Source: the human T2T-CHM13v2.0 reference genome, Homo sapiens. Taken from it: 64,000 bases of DNA. This document shows, piece by piece, positions 24,615 through 48,131 of this stretch. The position numbers were made by a program, and so were the translations under genes. The stretch lies in NCBI RefSeq assembly GCF_009914755.1, contig NC_060943.1, one strand, 5' to 3'. Position 1 is the stretch's first letter. Each line of letters begins with the position of its first letter. Under the pieces are notes generated by a model. That model saw only the letters and a list, made by a program, of their open reading frames with translations, made no database searches and was not told where the DNA came from.

Positions 24615-24944
24615 TGGAAGCCATTATCCTCAGCAAACTAACACAGGAACAGAAAACCAAACACCACATGTTCTCAGTTATAAATGGGAGCTGAACAATG
24701 AGAACACATGGACACAGGGAGAGGAACAACACACACTGGAACCTGTCGAAGAGGTGGAGGGGAGGTAGAGCATCAGGATAAATAGCTAATGCATGCAGGG
24801 CTTAATACCTAGGTGATGGGTTGATAGGTGCAACGAACAACCACGGCACACATTTGCCTATGTAACAAACCTGCACATCCAGCACATTTATCCTGGAACT
24901 TAAAATTTAATTTTAAAAAAACTATTAAAAAAATAAAAAATAAT
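24615..24944 (+). mobile_element. 5'-truncated L1PA 3' end
   Basis: L1PA 3'UTR consensus with A tail; 12-bp TSD aatacatatcac (24603-24614 and 24945-24956); absent from the right arm. Confidence 0.93.
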
Positions 24945-24983
24945 AATACATATCACCGAAAAGAGTTAAAAGAAGTTCAGGGT

Positions 24984-25713
24984 GGGGATATTGGTGCTAA
25001 GAATGTGTGTGAGCTTCCACTTGTGTCTGTACCAGATAAAATTTATGAAGACGCAGGCACAGGTTAACAGCCACAGCAAGAAACATAAGAGAATAATACC
25101 AATGCTATATATGCTGATTCTTTGATTTTTGTCCTGAATACAGAAGAAAACTATCCTATCTTGTTTTGTTTGTAATGTTTCTGCTGCTGTTTGGCAATCA
25201 CACGCATAGGGTAAAACCATATTTATCAGCATATTCAAGGTCCAGTAGAGGAAAATAGAAAGCTCCATATACTTAGGATAGTTTATGTTAAATTCTATAC
25301 ATCTGGAGTTCCTGGGGCTCATCATGATGGCTTGAAACACTGCAGGCACAGGTGGTGCCAACGGTCACACCCTACCAACTCTGTGAGGATAGCAAATCAG
25401 AATCCAAAATCATGAAGGAAATTATTCAATATAAAATCTGACATTGATTTGGTGCTGCATACAGAGGTGTGTCTTGGGGATACCCTTAAACAGAATGCGT
25501 AAGAAGTGGCTATAATCAGGTGCTTCCAATTCAAATCTGTGGTCCTCAACCTGCATCCTGTTAAGTAAAAGAAGACATAATAGTAAAGAAGACAGAAACT
25601 CTTCAGGATTCCAACAAAATTCTACGACAAGTAGATCATTCCTATTGCCAACTCCCTGGAGGCCATTCTGCGAGTTCCCAGTGACTGATATTCATCTTTA
25701 GAGCCAGAAGATC
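24984..25713 (-). pseudogene. Vomeronasal type-1 receptor pseudogene (VN1R2/VN1R4-like), 3'-truncated
   Basis: Acceptor ctgcag|g at 25713 and ATG at 25666: MASRELAIGMIYLS*NFVGILKSF..TGCRLRTTDL..KHLII, then HRVGRV..GTTC, VFQAIMMSPRNSR and YRHKWKLTHILSTN, all V1R motifs; stops and frameshifts present. Confidence 0.92.
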
Positions 25714-26669
25714 CTGCAGAGAACATGAAGTGTAGGTGAGGTGATATTATCCATTAATAATATCAATGGAAAAACCCGTATTCTACTGAGAAACATTTAA
25801 AGTTTTGTTTTGCAAAGAGGCTTTCTAGGGTTGAATGTATAACATTTAAAGAGCACTTACGATATGGGAATCACTGCTGTAATGTGATATGTATACCTTC
25901 TTTGATTTTTGTAACTGTATGATGGATTCACTGGCATACTTTTCCTTGTAGAGACAAAAGGAACTTAAGATACAGAGAGGTGCAGTGATTTGTGGAAATT
26001 CACAAGCTGCTTAGGAGCTGAGAGGAGACTTGCACCTGACTAGGGTGTCTGCAAAGGTGATTGCTAAGGCCTGTGCTATCCTAACAGACCATTCAGCTGT
26101 GTTTTCAAAAAATCTGGACCTAGTTAGTTTTGTTTGTTTACCATGCCATTTTATTTTCCATCTCTGGTATTTTATTTTATAATTTTGTTCAAAACAAGTT
26201 TCCATTCCTGTGTAAAGAATTACTGCATAAGTCAATATCCAATGTCAGTAACCTTTGAAATCCCAATACACTGTTGGTGCACTATTTAGAGTATAATCCT
26301 GAAGGAAACTTCCCCTGGTACAAGTTGGATTTACTGAATGCAAGAATGGCTCAATATTACTTTGGTAGCAGAAAAACTCATTAACTCATCCAATAGGAGG
26401 AGAAAATACTACAGCATTTATCAATGAAATTATTGAAGTATATTACTCTGTTTCTAGACTGTTAAACATGAAATACTAACAGGTAATAAAACAATATAGA
26501 TAGAAACTCAATTATTGGTAATTTTTGATCAGTCAGAAATCAATATGTTAATGTACAAGTTATGTGAAACTATTAGCAGGGTAGTGTAATTTGTAAAATA
26601 CATTAAAACAGAAGAAATATCTGCAAAATGGAATCTGGAGAACACAAAATCTTGAGCATTATGGATGTT

Positions 26670-27772
<1,103 letters not shown>

Positions 27773-28256
27773 TTAAAGAGTTATGCAGAATATTTTTGAC
27801 CAGGAAAAATAACACAAGATACAGTTGATCCTGACTACTGCTGTTTGCAACTCTTAATAGTAAAGTTACCCTTCCCTTAAATGCTACTTCCCTAACCTCA
27901 AGAGGGAAAGCAGCCTCACCATAATCCTAAGAGCACAGAGGTTTTCCGTGGAGGACAATCACTGTCTCCATTAAGCGCATCATTTATACAGAGTTAGATT
28001 TCTTAAAAAACAATTTTATTCTGGAAATGATTTCAGATATATGGTTTCTGCACAGGATAAGGTAATTTTTCTAGCTCTATCCTACTCTTCATTATAATCA
28101 TGGAGGCAGTATAAGCATATTATTAAAAATACTGTAAATGTACTGTGTGATTCTTATGAGGTGTGTGAACAACATATATATTTATTTACTACAATCCTTG
28201 AGCACCATAAATCTTATTTAATTATTACTGGAATTATTCACCAACTCTCATCCTAA

Positions 28257-28649
<393 letters not shown>

Positions 28650-29585
28650 TGACTCAGCCCATAAGAGAGTAATTATTCCTCCTCCCTGTCTGGCTTTGCT
28701 ACTGACTTTGTTTCTACAAAAGAGAAATCCCTTTCCAGACATGACCACTTGGACTTCTTTTCTTGCAGATTCTGCCTGCCAGACTGAAACACAAAAATAC
28801 TCACCTGATTCCTTCCCACTGCCAGGACAGCCCAGTTTGTGTGACGGTCATAACAGCACTGTGTGGGAAGGAGGCAGCCAGACCCTGAGATAAAGGTTTG
28901 TGAGTCTGTGACCTCATCTTCCCTCAGAAGTGCAATTATAATTTTACCTGTAGCAGCAATGACAGCTGACTTAGGGAGTTGATAACTTTTTGAAAAACTT
29001 TTTGCAGTTGCTAATTACCAGAGGCAATTACAACTTTCTCATAAATGTCTCCAAAGAGACCACTGAAGTATCCAAAAGAGGCTCTTACTTTTTCACAATC
29101 CCTGAAGACTGCAAGGAGCAGAAAATATTGAGGTTTGATCTGTGAGGCACTTGTAGAGAAGCATGTTTGTCTCACTGGATTTCCTAATTCTATGAGATAC
29201 TCTTCTTCCTAAAATCAAGCTCATCCTTAATTTGCAGATCCATTATGTAAGTATTCAGCAGGTAACTGGAATCAGATAAAGGATCTAGAATGGATTAATA
29301 AAAAATGAGATAAATGTGAGAGAAAAGCATGGAGTAATTTGCATTAGAAATCGCTGGACTCATTTGTATAATTAAATGTAAATTAATTTAGAAATGATAA
29401 TATGGACACGTTCTAGGAAATATACTTTACTATTGTGACCTCAGCAGTGACAGAAAAAGTCTGGACATAAAAATATTCTAAAGAGAAAGATGTGAAAAAA
29501 AAAAAGTCTCTCACAAATAAAACACAAGGATCACATGATTTAACAGCCAAATTCTACCATTCTTTTTTTTTTTTTTTTGAGTTGA

Positions 29586-29869
<284 letters not shown>

Positions 29870-30089
29870 TAATTATTAGATAAACCTAGGCTATCTTCTC
29901 AATTGAACAGCAGTAGATAGGAAATTTCTCTACATTTACCATTCCTGAATTTTTAGTAAAAAGCACTAACCAGTTATGCCATTAATTTGGAAGTTTAAAA
30001 TAGAAGAGCCGAAAATGAAACTTTGGTTTCCCAACACACAAATCCACAATTTGACCTAAGTCCACTCTCCATTCTCCTAGGAGACATTT

Positions 30090-30600
30090 GAGGTAAACTG
30101 AGAAGTTACAGGAAACATAGTCCACACAAGACCACACTCACTTCAGATGCCCACTGCAATTTCAGTGCTTCCCCAAATCACCCTAAAGTTGGACAATTCA
30201 CTGGAAGAACTCATGGAACTCCCTGAAAGCTGCCATGCTCACAGTTACAGTTTATTACATGAAAAAGATCCAGGGTAGCATCAGCCAAGGGAAGAAGCAG
30301 TCAGGGCAGAGTCCAGGATAAGCACCACATTTGGAGCTTCCATTTGTCTTCTCCCTGCAGAGTCATAGGTGAATTCCTTTCCAGGAACCAATACACGACA
30401 ACACCTATGGGATATTGCCAACCAGGGAAGCTCATTCAAGCCCTAGTGCCCAGAGTTTTACTGAGGTGTGATCACATACTCTCCATAGCTGACCATTAGT
30501 TTCCAGCCCCTCCCAGTGTCCAGCCTTATATATAGATTTACAGTTCCTCCAGAGTTCAGAATTGATATGGTATATCCAAAGCCCTAATAAAAAATCAAAA
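30090..30600. mobile_element. MER21/MER77-group LTR; counterpart at ~41330-41860
   Basis: cacacaagaccacactcacttcaga... and accagggaagctcattcaagcc motifs in both arms. Confidence 0.65.
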
Positions 30601-30779
30601 CGTATGGCCAGGCGCGGTGGCTCATGCCTGTAACCCCAACACTTTGGGAGGCCGAGGTGGGTGGATCACGAGGTCAAGAGATCGAGACCATCCTGGCCAA
30701 CATGGTGAAACCCCATCTCTCCTAAAAATACAAAAATTAGCTGGGCATGGTGGCGCATGCCTGTAGTCCCAGCTACTCA

Positions 30780-30890
<111 letters not shown>

Positions 30891-31299
30891 TCAGGAAACA
30901 AGTCTGAAAGTAAACGGAGATACTCCTACTAGACATGGCATTTTAAGAGCACGGACACCACTCCCTAAGCACTTGGGGGTTACAGGATGCAGTGTGTTTA
31001 AAGGGCTCTGCTGGGTTTCAGTGTAGCATGAGACAGAGTGTGCAAGGAAGTTAAGGGAACTGCACACATTCTGCTCTGAGGGACTACGGGGTGCAGTGGT
31101 TATGGGGATAAAAGGGATAATGGAGAGGGGACACTAGGCAGAAATGAGGGATGGGCAGGGGTGGGTAAAACAACCAGGAAGGTTTATGTCCATCAGGGTT
31201 AAAGACACAAGGAGAGAAAGCATATATGTGGGATAAGATTTAAATATTTTTTTCAAAGAAAGACACAAGACAGTGACACTTGGAAAGAAGAAAGGCAGA

Positions 31300-31640
31300 A
31301 TTCTGTTAGTTACAGCTTCAAAGGACAGAAAAATGTCAAAAGAGCCACGCAGGGCGTTGCACCAAGGGCTAAGTAACAGCACGCTGGAGCAGTAGGGGGG
31401 CTTATGATGAGTGTCGGAGCTGGAGGCTGAGCTAGTGTTACATGACGCCTTGTGAGTTGGCTATGTTGAATTATTTCATGGACTCTGGGCCAAAGCAGCT
31501 GTCCCTGGTAAGCTGGTACATAGCTCTATGGGGATTAGGGTACATCGTGGCTTTAGGGTGTGGACACAATCAGCTGCTCAATAAGGGGAACTAGCCAACC
31601 CTAGCCAGTAACTCACATCTGTGTCAAGACAGGATTACAA
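31300..31640. mobile_element. ERVL-type LTR (MER54/73/74-like); counterpart at ~40130-40279 plus 40722-40900
   Basis: ggctagagttggccagttcccctaattgagtagctg motif; subfamily uncertain. Confidence 0.5.
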
Positions 31641-32063
31641 ATAAAAGGAAAAAAATCTGCTTTAAAATCTAATAATGGGATATGGATGTCCTCAGAGTAG
31701 TTAATATTCCAAGACAGAGACAGAGGCCAGGAGGGGGAGCTCCAGCCTAACAGGGGAGATAAGTAACACGGTGATATGATGAATAAGATGCTAAGGGCTG
31801 GGCGCGGTGGCTCACGACTGTAATCCCTGCATTTTGGGAGGCGGAGGCGAGCAGATCACCTGAGGTCAGGAGTTCAAGACCAGCCTGACCAACATGGAGA
31901 AACCCTGTCTCTACTAAAAATACAAAATTAGCCGGGCGTGGTGGCGCATGCCTGTAATCCCAGCACTTTGGGAGGCCGAGGCAGGTGGATCACGTGGTCA
32001 GAAGTTTGAGACCAGCCTGGCCAATATGGTGAAACCCCATCTCTACTAAAACTACAAAAATTA

Positions 32064-32486
<423 letters not shown>

Positions 32487-32707
32487 TCAACCCATAGCAG
32501 AAAGTGCATGTTGATGCCATAAAAGGCATATTCTCAAAATGTAGATGAGATATTTCAAGATAATGAGAAGGGGGCTTAGAGGAGAAGAGAAGAAAATCCT
32601 TCTTTCCTAGGCCAATGTGGAGTACCAGGTGAGATGCTGTGTCCTCTCTTCCTCAGGAAATGCCATGTCTTTAGAATTTGAAGCTCTTTACTGATTTCTG
32701 CTTCTGA

Positions 32708-32775
32708 GATACTGAGCCTAGAATAGAATATGTTAGTTGTGTGTACGATATTGAGCCTAGAACATTATATGTTAG

Positions 32776-32813
<38 letters not shown>

Positions 32814-32817
32814 GTGT
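32708..32817. repeat. ~39-bp tandem duplication followed by a (TG)n microsatellite; paralogous (CA)n at ~38407-38440
   Basis: gatactgagcctagaa..atatgttagttgtgtgt occurs twice, then (tg)n. Confidence 0.9.
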
Positions 32818-32989
32818 AGACAGAGAGCAACTTCAGATCCAATTTCAGATTGAATATGTATTCAATCCTCAGAGGGAGAATACACCTTAATACCAAAAAT
32901 TGTTCCTTCTGGAGATCCAAATAGTATCAGTCATGGATTATTAATGAACAATTTGCCTTTAATTTATTATTTAAATATTTTCCCATTAA

Positions 32990-38170
<5,181 letters not shown>

Positions 38171-38265
38171 AAAACAAATTTAATGCTAAAATATTTAAAT
38201 AATAAAAATAAAGATACATTGTTCATTAATACCATGACTGATACTGTTTGGATCTCCAAAAATAG

Positions 38266-38388
<123 letters not shown>

Positions 38389-38403
38389 TGAAGTTTCTCA
38401 CTG

Positions 38404-38442
<39 letters not shown>

Positions 38443-38672
38443 ATAACATAATCTGTTCTAGGCTCAGTATCTCAAAAACAGAAAGGTAAATATCTTCAAA
38501 TTATAAAGACATATCATTTCGTGAGGAAGAGAGGACACAGCATCTCCCCTGGGACTCCACATTGGCCTGAGAAAGAAGGATTTTCTTCTCTTTCCTTCTA
38601 AGCCTCTTTCTCAGTATCTTGAAAAATCACAGTTGCATTTTGAGAACAAGCCTTTTTAAAAAAATGTTATCA

Positions 38673-39314
<642 letters not shown>

Positions 39315-39780
39315 CTAGTCCTCTCCTTGTCCCATCACTCTCCAACCCATTTGTCTATATCTGTTCCCCTGCCCCCTCATCCATCCAAACCTTCTAGATA
39401 TTCTTACCCCACCTAAATTCAACACCAATTTGGATTCCTTCCTCTGTCAACTTTATGCCCTGCACAATTACGGGGATCTCAGCCCAACAGTCCCCCACCC
39501 TTTTAGGACCGTCACACCCTTCCTCTTGACTTCTAGTTTCTCCCATTCTTGTGCCCATGGCTCAATTTCCACATTCTCCATGTCTTCTCCCTTGAAATCC
39601 CAGATCTCAATCATAGGTTGCCATCAGCTCCCTCTGTCCCTCACCCTTCAGCATCCTCAAGTCCACCATCCTCACCACCTTATTAATCACCAGAAATCAT
39701 TTCGTCTCCCCGTGTCCATTATCTCTCCTGCAAGGCTTGAGCTCCCCCTCCTGGCCTCTGTCTCTCTCTTGGAATATTAA

Positions 39781-40173
<393 letters not shown>

Positions 40174-40279
40174 TGAGATACTGGCTAGAGTTGGCCAGTT
40201 CCCCTAATTGAGTAGCTGTTTAAGTCTACACCCCCAGGCCACTATGTACCCATTTTAATCCTCTCAGGGCTATGTACCA

Positions 40280-40721
40280 TGTAACCTGCCACGATCCCTG
40301 GTGGACTGAACAAAAGGGGCAAACGCAGGAATAAAAGACAAAGAGAGTATATTTGGAAAAGGGGGAAACTTGCCTCTAGTGGAAAAGGCTCTGAGCTTTT
40401 TCAGCCCTCCAAATTTATTAGGTAAAAGAGATAACGAGAAAGAGAGGATGATTATTGGGTAATTGTCAGTCGGCAATTTTGGTTCACAGCAGGCTTGAGA
40501 GACTGCATCCTTCAAACCATAGGTGCTAGATTTCCCAGTAGATAACTTCAAGGAGCCCGGCACCAGGGAGTGATGGCCCTCAGCAAACCTCCTGGTGGCA
40601 GGTGCAGTCATGAGTTTTCTCACGTCCTGTAATCATGATAAACACTTTGCTGTTTGATCATATAGCCTCCAGTGGAATGCTGAGTTGGTCACAATCCCTT
40701 TGGCCTTTTCGGCTCCCAACA
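40280..40721 (-). mobile_element. LTR3 (HERV-K HML-6) solo LTR
   Basis: Reverse strand starts TGTTGGGAGCCGAAAAGGCCAAAGGG and ends GGTTACA; 6-bp TSD gtacca (40274-40279 and 40722-40727). Confidence 0.88.
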
Positions 40722-42273
40722 GTACCAGATTACTAGGTACAGCCACTTTGCCTTGAAGCCCTTGAAATGGTTCAACTTAGCCAACTCACAGGGTGTCCTG
40801 CAACACTAGCTCAGCCTCTCGCTCTGCTTGCCCTCATAAGCCCCGGTACTGCTCCAGCTTGCTGTTACCTGACCCTTGCTGCAATGCCCTCCATGGCTCT
40901 TCTGACATTTTTCTGTCCTTTGGAGCTGTAGGTAGCAGAATACTGCCTTTCCTCTTTCCAAATGTCACTGTCTCGTGTCTTTTCATGAAAAGAATCTTTA
41001 AATCTTATTCAACATATACACATCTCCATCCTCCATGTTCTTTAAGCATCTGTGGACTTTATCTCTCCTGGGTGTTTTACCCACTCCGCTCCATCACTTA
41101 CTTCTGCCTATGGTCCCCTCTCCATTATTCCTTTATTCCCATGCCCACTGCATCCCTTAGTTCCTCAGAGTTCACTGTGTGTTATTTCCTAACTTCCTTG
41201 CACACTTTGTCCCATAGTGTCCTGAAAACCAGCAGTGCCCTTTAAACACATTGCATCCTTTAGCCGCAAGTGCATAGGGAGCGGATCTCCGTGCCCTTAA
41301 AAAGCCGTGCCTGATACGAGTGCCTCTGTTTGCTTGCAGGCTTACCTACTGAACACTAACACTGTGATTTTTGATTAGCGATTTGGATAAACCATATGAA
41401 TTCCAAATTCTGGAGGAACTGTGCAAGGCTGGACAGTGAGGAGGGGCTGGAGATGAAAGGTCAACCATGCAAAGTATTTGACCACATTCCACTATAACTC
41501 TGGGCACCAAGGCTTGAATGAGCTTCCCTGGTTGGTAATATTCCATAAGTACCATCATTTATTGATGCTGGGAAAGTAATGCTTCCATGACTGCAGCGAG
41601 AGGACAACAGGAAACTCCAGATATGGTGCTTTTCCTAAATTCTGCCCCATCTGCTTCTTCCCTTGTGGATGTTAACCTGTATTTTTCCCTGTAATATACT
41701 GTAACCATGAGCGTAACAGCTTTCAGGGAGTTCCGTGAGTTCTTCCAGTGAATCATCCAACTATAGAGTGACTTGGGGAAATTCTGAACTTCCAGTTGGT
41801 GTCTGAAGTGAGTGTGGTCTTGTGTGGACTGTGTTTCCTGTAACTTCTCAGTTGGCCTCAAATATTTCCTAGAAGAATGGAGAGTGCACCTAGGTCAAAT
41901 TGTGGATTTGTGTGTTGAGAAATCAAAGTTTCACTTTGGACTCTTATATTTTATTTATTTTCTTTGTTTTTTCTGAGACGGAGTCTTACTCCAGCGCCCA
42001 GGCTGGAGTGCAGTGGCGGATCTGGGCTCACTGCAACCTCCGCCTCCTGGGTTTAAGCGATTCTCCTGCCTCAGCTTCCCGAGTAGCTGGGACTTGACAG
42101 GCGCCCGCCACCATGCCTGGCTAATTTTTGTATTTTTAGTAGGGATGGGGTTTCACCATGTTGGCTAGGCTGGTCTTGAACTCCTGACCTCGTGATCCAC
42201 CCACCTCAGCCTCCCAAAGTGCTGGGATGACAAGCATGAGCCACTGTGCCTGGCCCTATTTTCTTTTTTTCTT

Positions 42274-42383
42274 AAGACTAATCAAGTGCAGTAGTGACAA
42301 GGGGGAAAGAGTAGAATAAGGAGTTCAATCTGTAACTGACTGTGAACAATCCATTGAGATAACTGACTATCTTCGGACCTGGC
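42274..42383 (-). pseudogene. Y RNA (hY1/RNY1) processed pseudogene
   Basis: Reverse complement reads gccaggtccgaagatagtcagttatctcaatggattgttcacagtcagttacagattgaactcc...ctgcacttgattagtctt, near full-length hY1, followed by an A-rich tail. Confidence 0.95.
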
Positions 42384-42714
42384 TCTTACATTTTCACTTC
42401 CCAATTGATTACATAACGGATGAGTGCTTCTTTCTAGAAATTGAGGAACAGTGTATATAGAGAGTTCTGGTAACTATCTACTGCTGTTCTACCTATTAAA
42501 TAATGCAGTAAGCAGCAGATGGTTACCTATTATCTAATTTTACCTATTATAAATATCTAATAGGTAAAAGAATGGCAGAATTTGCCTGTCAAATCATGTG
42601 AATTGGTACTTTATTTTTGATGGGCATTTTATTCAGCATCTTTCTTTTTAAAATATTTTCTTAATTTTTAAATTTGTTATATATAAATTATATAATATAT
42701 AACATAAATTTTAT

Positions 42715-42730
42715 ACACACACACACACAT

Positions 42731-42768
<38 letters not shown>
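42715..42768. repeat. (CA)n(TA)n compound microsatellite
   Basis: Direct reading. Confidence 0.95.
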
Positions 42769-42769
<1 letters not shown>

Positions 42770-42782
42770 ATTTTCTTTTTAA

Positions 42783-43195
<413 letters not shown>

Positions 43196-44187
43196 TGACC
43201 TCCTGCGCTGGGACTACAGACACATGCCACCATGCCCAGCTAATTTTTTTGTATTTTTGGTAGAGATGGGGTTTTGCAATGTTGCCCAGGCTGGTCTCAA
43301 ATTCCTGAGCTCAAGCGATCAGCACACCTTCCAGAGTGCTGGGGATTACAGGCATGAGCCACTGCCTCCGGCCAAGAATATTTTCATGTTTAGACTTTTT
43401 CTATCACTGTTGGGGTCAAAACAGGAAAGTATATTTTCCTACAAAACGTCCATATCATCATTTCTAAATTAATTTCTGTTTATACAAATAAGTCCAATGA
43501 TTTCTAATGCAAATTATTGACATCATGTTTTTCTTTTGCACTTATTTCATTTCTTATTATTAATCCATTTTAGATTCTTTCTCTGATTCCATTTACTTGC
43601 TGAATACTTAAATAATGGAGCAGCTTAGGATTCTGGAAATTAACAGTGAACTTGATTTTAGGAAAAATATCTCAGAGAAGTAGGGAATCCAGTGAGATAA
43701 AGGTGCTTCTCTGCCAATTCCTCAGGCATCAGACCTCAATATTTTCTGCTGCTTAAAGCCTTCAGGAATCTTGAAAAGTAAAAGCCCCTTTTGTATACTT
43801 TAATGATCTCTTTGAAGACAGGAGAAAGTTGTAATTGCCTTTGGTAATTGGCAACTGGAAAAAAAAGTTTTTCAAAAATGTTACTGTCTCCCAAAGTCTG
43901 CACTGTTATTGCTGCACCAGGTGAAATGATAATTGCAGTTCTAAGGTGAGGTGAGGTCACAGGATCACAAAACTTTATGTCAGGGTCTGGTGGCCTCCCT
44001 CCCATATTTGCACAAGTTGTTGTAATCTTCACACTGAACCAACCACTCTGGCAGTGGGAAGAAGTTAGGTGAGTATATTTGTTTTTCAGCCAGAGAGGTA
44101 GAATCTGCAAGAAAAGAAGTCTTAGGGCCAGGCATGGTGGCTCACACCTGTCATCCCAGCACTTTGTGAGGCCAAGGCGGGGGGTCA

Positions 44188-44430
<243 letters not shown>

Positions 44431-47093
44431 TTAGTAATTGATTATGTCCAGAAAAGGGGTTCCTCTGAGGTAGAAACAGAACCAGTGCTAAAGACAGACA
44501 AAGAGGAGGAATAATTCCTTATGTATAAGCTGAGCCAGTGAAGAAAGATGACAGTCCTAAACCCTACACCAATCCCTGATGGATACAAAGGTATCTTAAC
44601 AAAATCCTCACTTGGGATGATGGTTGGTGAATAATTCCAGTGATAATTAAATAAGATTTATGGTGCTCAAGGATTGTAGTAAATAAATATATGTGTTGTT
44701 CATATACCTCCCAGGAATCATACAGTAAATTCATAATATTTTTAATAATATGCTTGTACTGCCTCCATGATTATAATGAAGAGTAGGATGGATCTAGAAA
44801 AATTACCTTATCCTGTGCAGAAACCATACATCTGAAATCATTTCTGGAATAAAATAATTTGTTTTTTTAAGAAACCTTGCTCTGTATAAATGATGCGCTT
44901 AATGGAGACAGTGATTGTCCTCCACAGAAAACCTCTGTGCTCTTAGGATTATGGTGAGGCTGCTTTCCCTCTTGAAGTTAGGGAAGTAGCATTTAAGGGA
45001 AACGTAGCTTTACTATTAAGAATTTCAAACAGCACTTGTCAGGGTCAACGGTATCTTGTGTTATTTTTCTCTGGTCAAAAACGCTCTCTATAACTTTAAA
45101 ATTTTTTGATTTTATTGTAGTGAGATTACTTACAATGAGAACTATCCTCTTAACAAATATCTTAGTGTACATTATAGCACTGTTACCTATAGGTCCAATG
45201 CTGTGCAGGGGATCTCTGGAAGTTATTCATCTTGTTTTCCTGAGACTTCTTGCCTCTGAATTAGCAACTCTTCATTAACCCCTCCCCGCACTCCCTGGCA
45301 GCCTCCGTCCTACTCTCTCGTTCTATGAGGCTATTTCAGATTACACATACAAGTGAGATAATGCAGTATTTGTCCTTCACTGACTGCCTTACTTACCTAG
45401 CACAGTATCCCTACGGTTCATCTATGTTGTCATCTCCTGCAGAATTTCCTTCTTCCTAAAGGTTGAATAATATTCCATTGTGTATTTATACACCAAGTTT
45501 TCCTCACCCATTCATCATTCCACGGACAGTTCGGTGGGGGCTATTGTGAGCAGTGCTGCAATGAGCATGGAAGTTCTAATATCTCTTGGAGGTCCTGACT
45601 TCAATTCTTTTGCTAAATACTCAGAAGTGGGAAAGCTGGATCATATGGTAGTTCTTATTTTATTTTGTTGTTTTTTTTTTTAGAGATGGAGTCTTGGTAT
45701 GTTTCCCAGGCTGGCCTCAAACTCCTAGGCTCAAGCTATCCTCTTGCCTCCGTCCCCTGCATAATTGGGTCTGCAAGCATGCACCACCTCATGTGGCCTC
45801 ATTTTAATTTTTTGATTAATGTCTATATTGTTTTCCCTACAGGCAGCACCATCTTACATTTCCAGCCACAGTATCCAAGGGTTCCAATTTCTCTGCATCT
45901 TTGCCATACCGGCTGTTTTTGCTAATAGTGATTGTAACAGGTGGGAAGTCATACCTCATTGTGGTTTTTACTTGTGTTTTCTACATAATCAGTGACATTG
46001 AGCATGTTTTTATATAACTGTTGGGCATTTGAATGTCTCCTTTATAATAATGTCTATTCAGATCTTTAGCCCATTTTTAAATTAGGTCTATTTTTGTTTT
46101 GTTTTGTTTTAGGAGTTATTTTTTGCTATTGAGTTGTAGAAGTTCATTTCCCTATGATTTCAACATCAATAATGCTCAAGATTTTATGGTCTCTGGATTC
46201 CGTTTTTACATATTTCTTCTATTTTATTGTATTTTACAAATTATATTTCCCTGCTAATAGCTTCGCATGACTTGTACATTAATATATTGATGAGTAAATG
46301 ATCAAAAATTAGTAACAATTGAGTTTCTATACCGTTTTAATACATGTTAGTATTTCATGTATAAAAGTTTAGAAACAGAGTAATATTGTTCAATGATTCA
46401 TTTGATAGATACCATTGTACGTTTTCTCCTGTTGGGTGAGTAAATGAGTCTTTCTGCTACCAAACTAATATTGAGCCATTCTTGCATTCAGTAAATCCAA
46501 CTTGCATGTGAGGAAGTTTCCTTTAGGATTTTAATCAGTGCACCGACAGTTCATTAGTATATCAAAAGTTATTGACATTGGATATTGACCTATACAGTAA
46601 ATCTTTACACAGAAACAAAAACTTGCTTTGATCAAAATTATAAAAGAAAATACCAGTGATGAGAAATAAATGGCATGGTAAACAGACAAAACTAACTAGG
46701 CCTAGATTTTTTAAAAACACAGCTGCCTGATTTGTTAGCGTAGCAAGTCCTTAGGTTGTTGTCTTTGCAACCACCCTAGTCAAATTCGAGTCTCTTTTCA
46801 ACCCTGAAGATGCCTGTGAATTTTGACAAATCATTGAACCTCTCTGTATCTAAGTTCTTCTTGTCTCTACAAGGAAAATTATGCCAGTGAATCCATCATA
46901 CAGTTACAAAAATCAAAGAAGGTACCATACATACCACATGATAGGCACGATTCCTATATTGTAAGTGCTATTTAAATGTTATACATTCAACCCTAGAAAG
47001 TCTCTCAGCAAAACAAAACTTTCAACATTTTTCGGTAGAATACTGTTTTTCAGTTATGTCATTAATGCAATCTACACCTCGTGTTTTCTGCAG

Positions 47094-48131
<1,038 letters not shown>

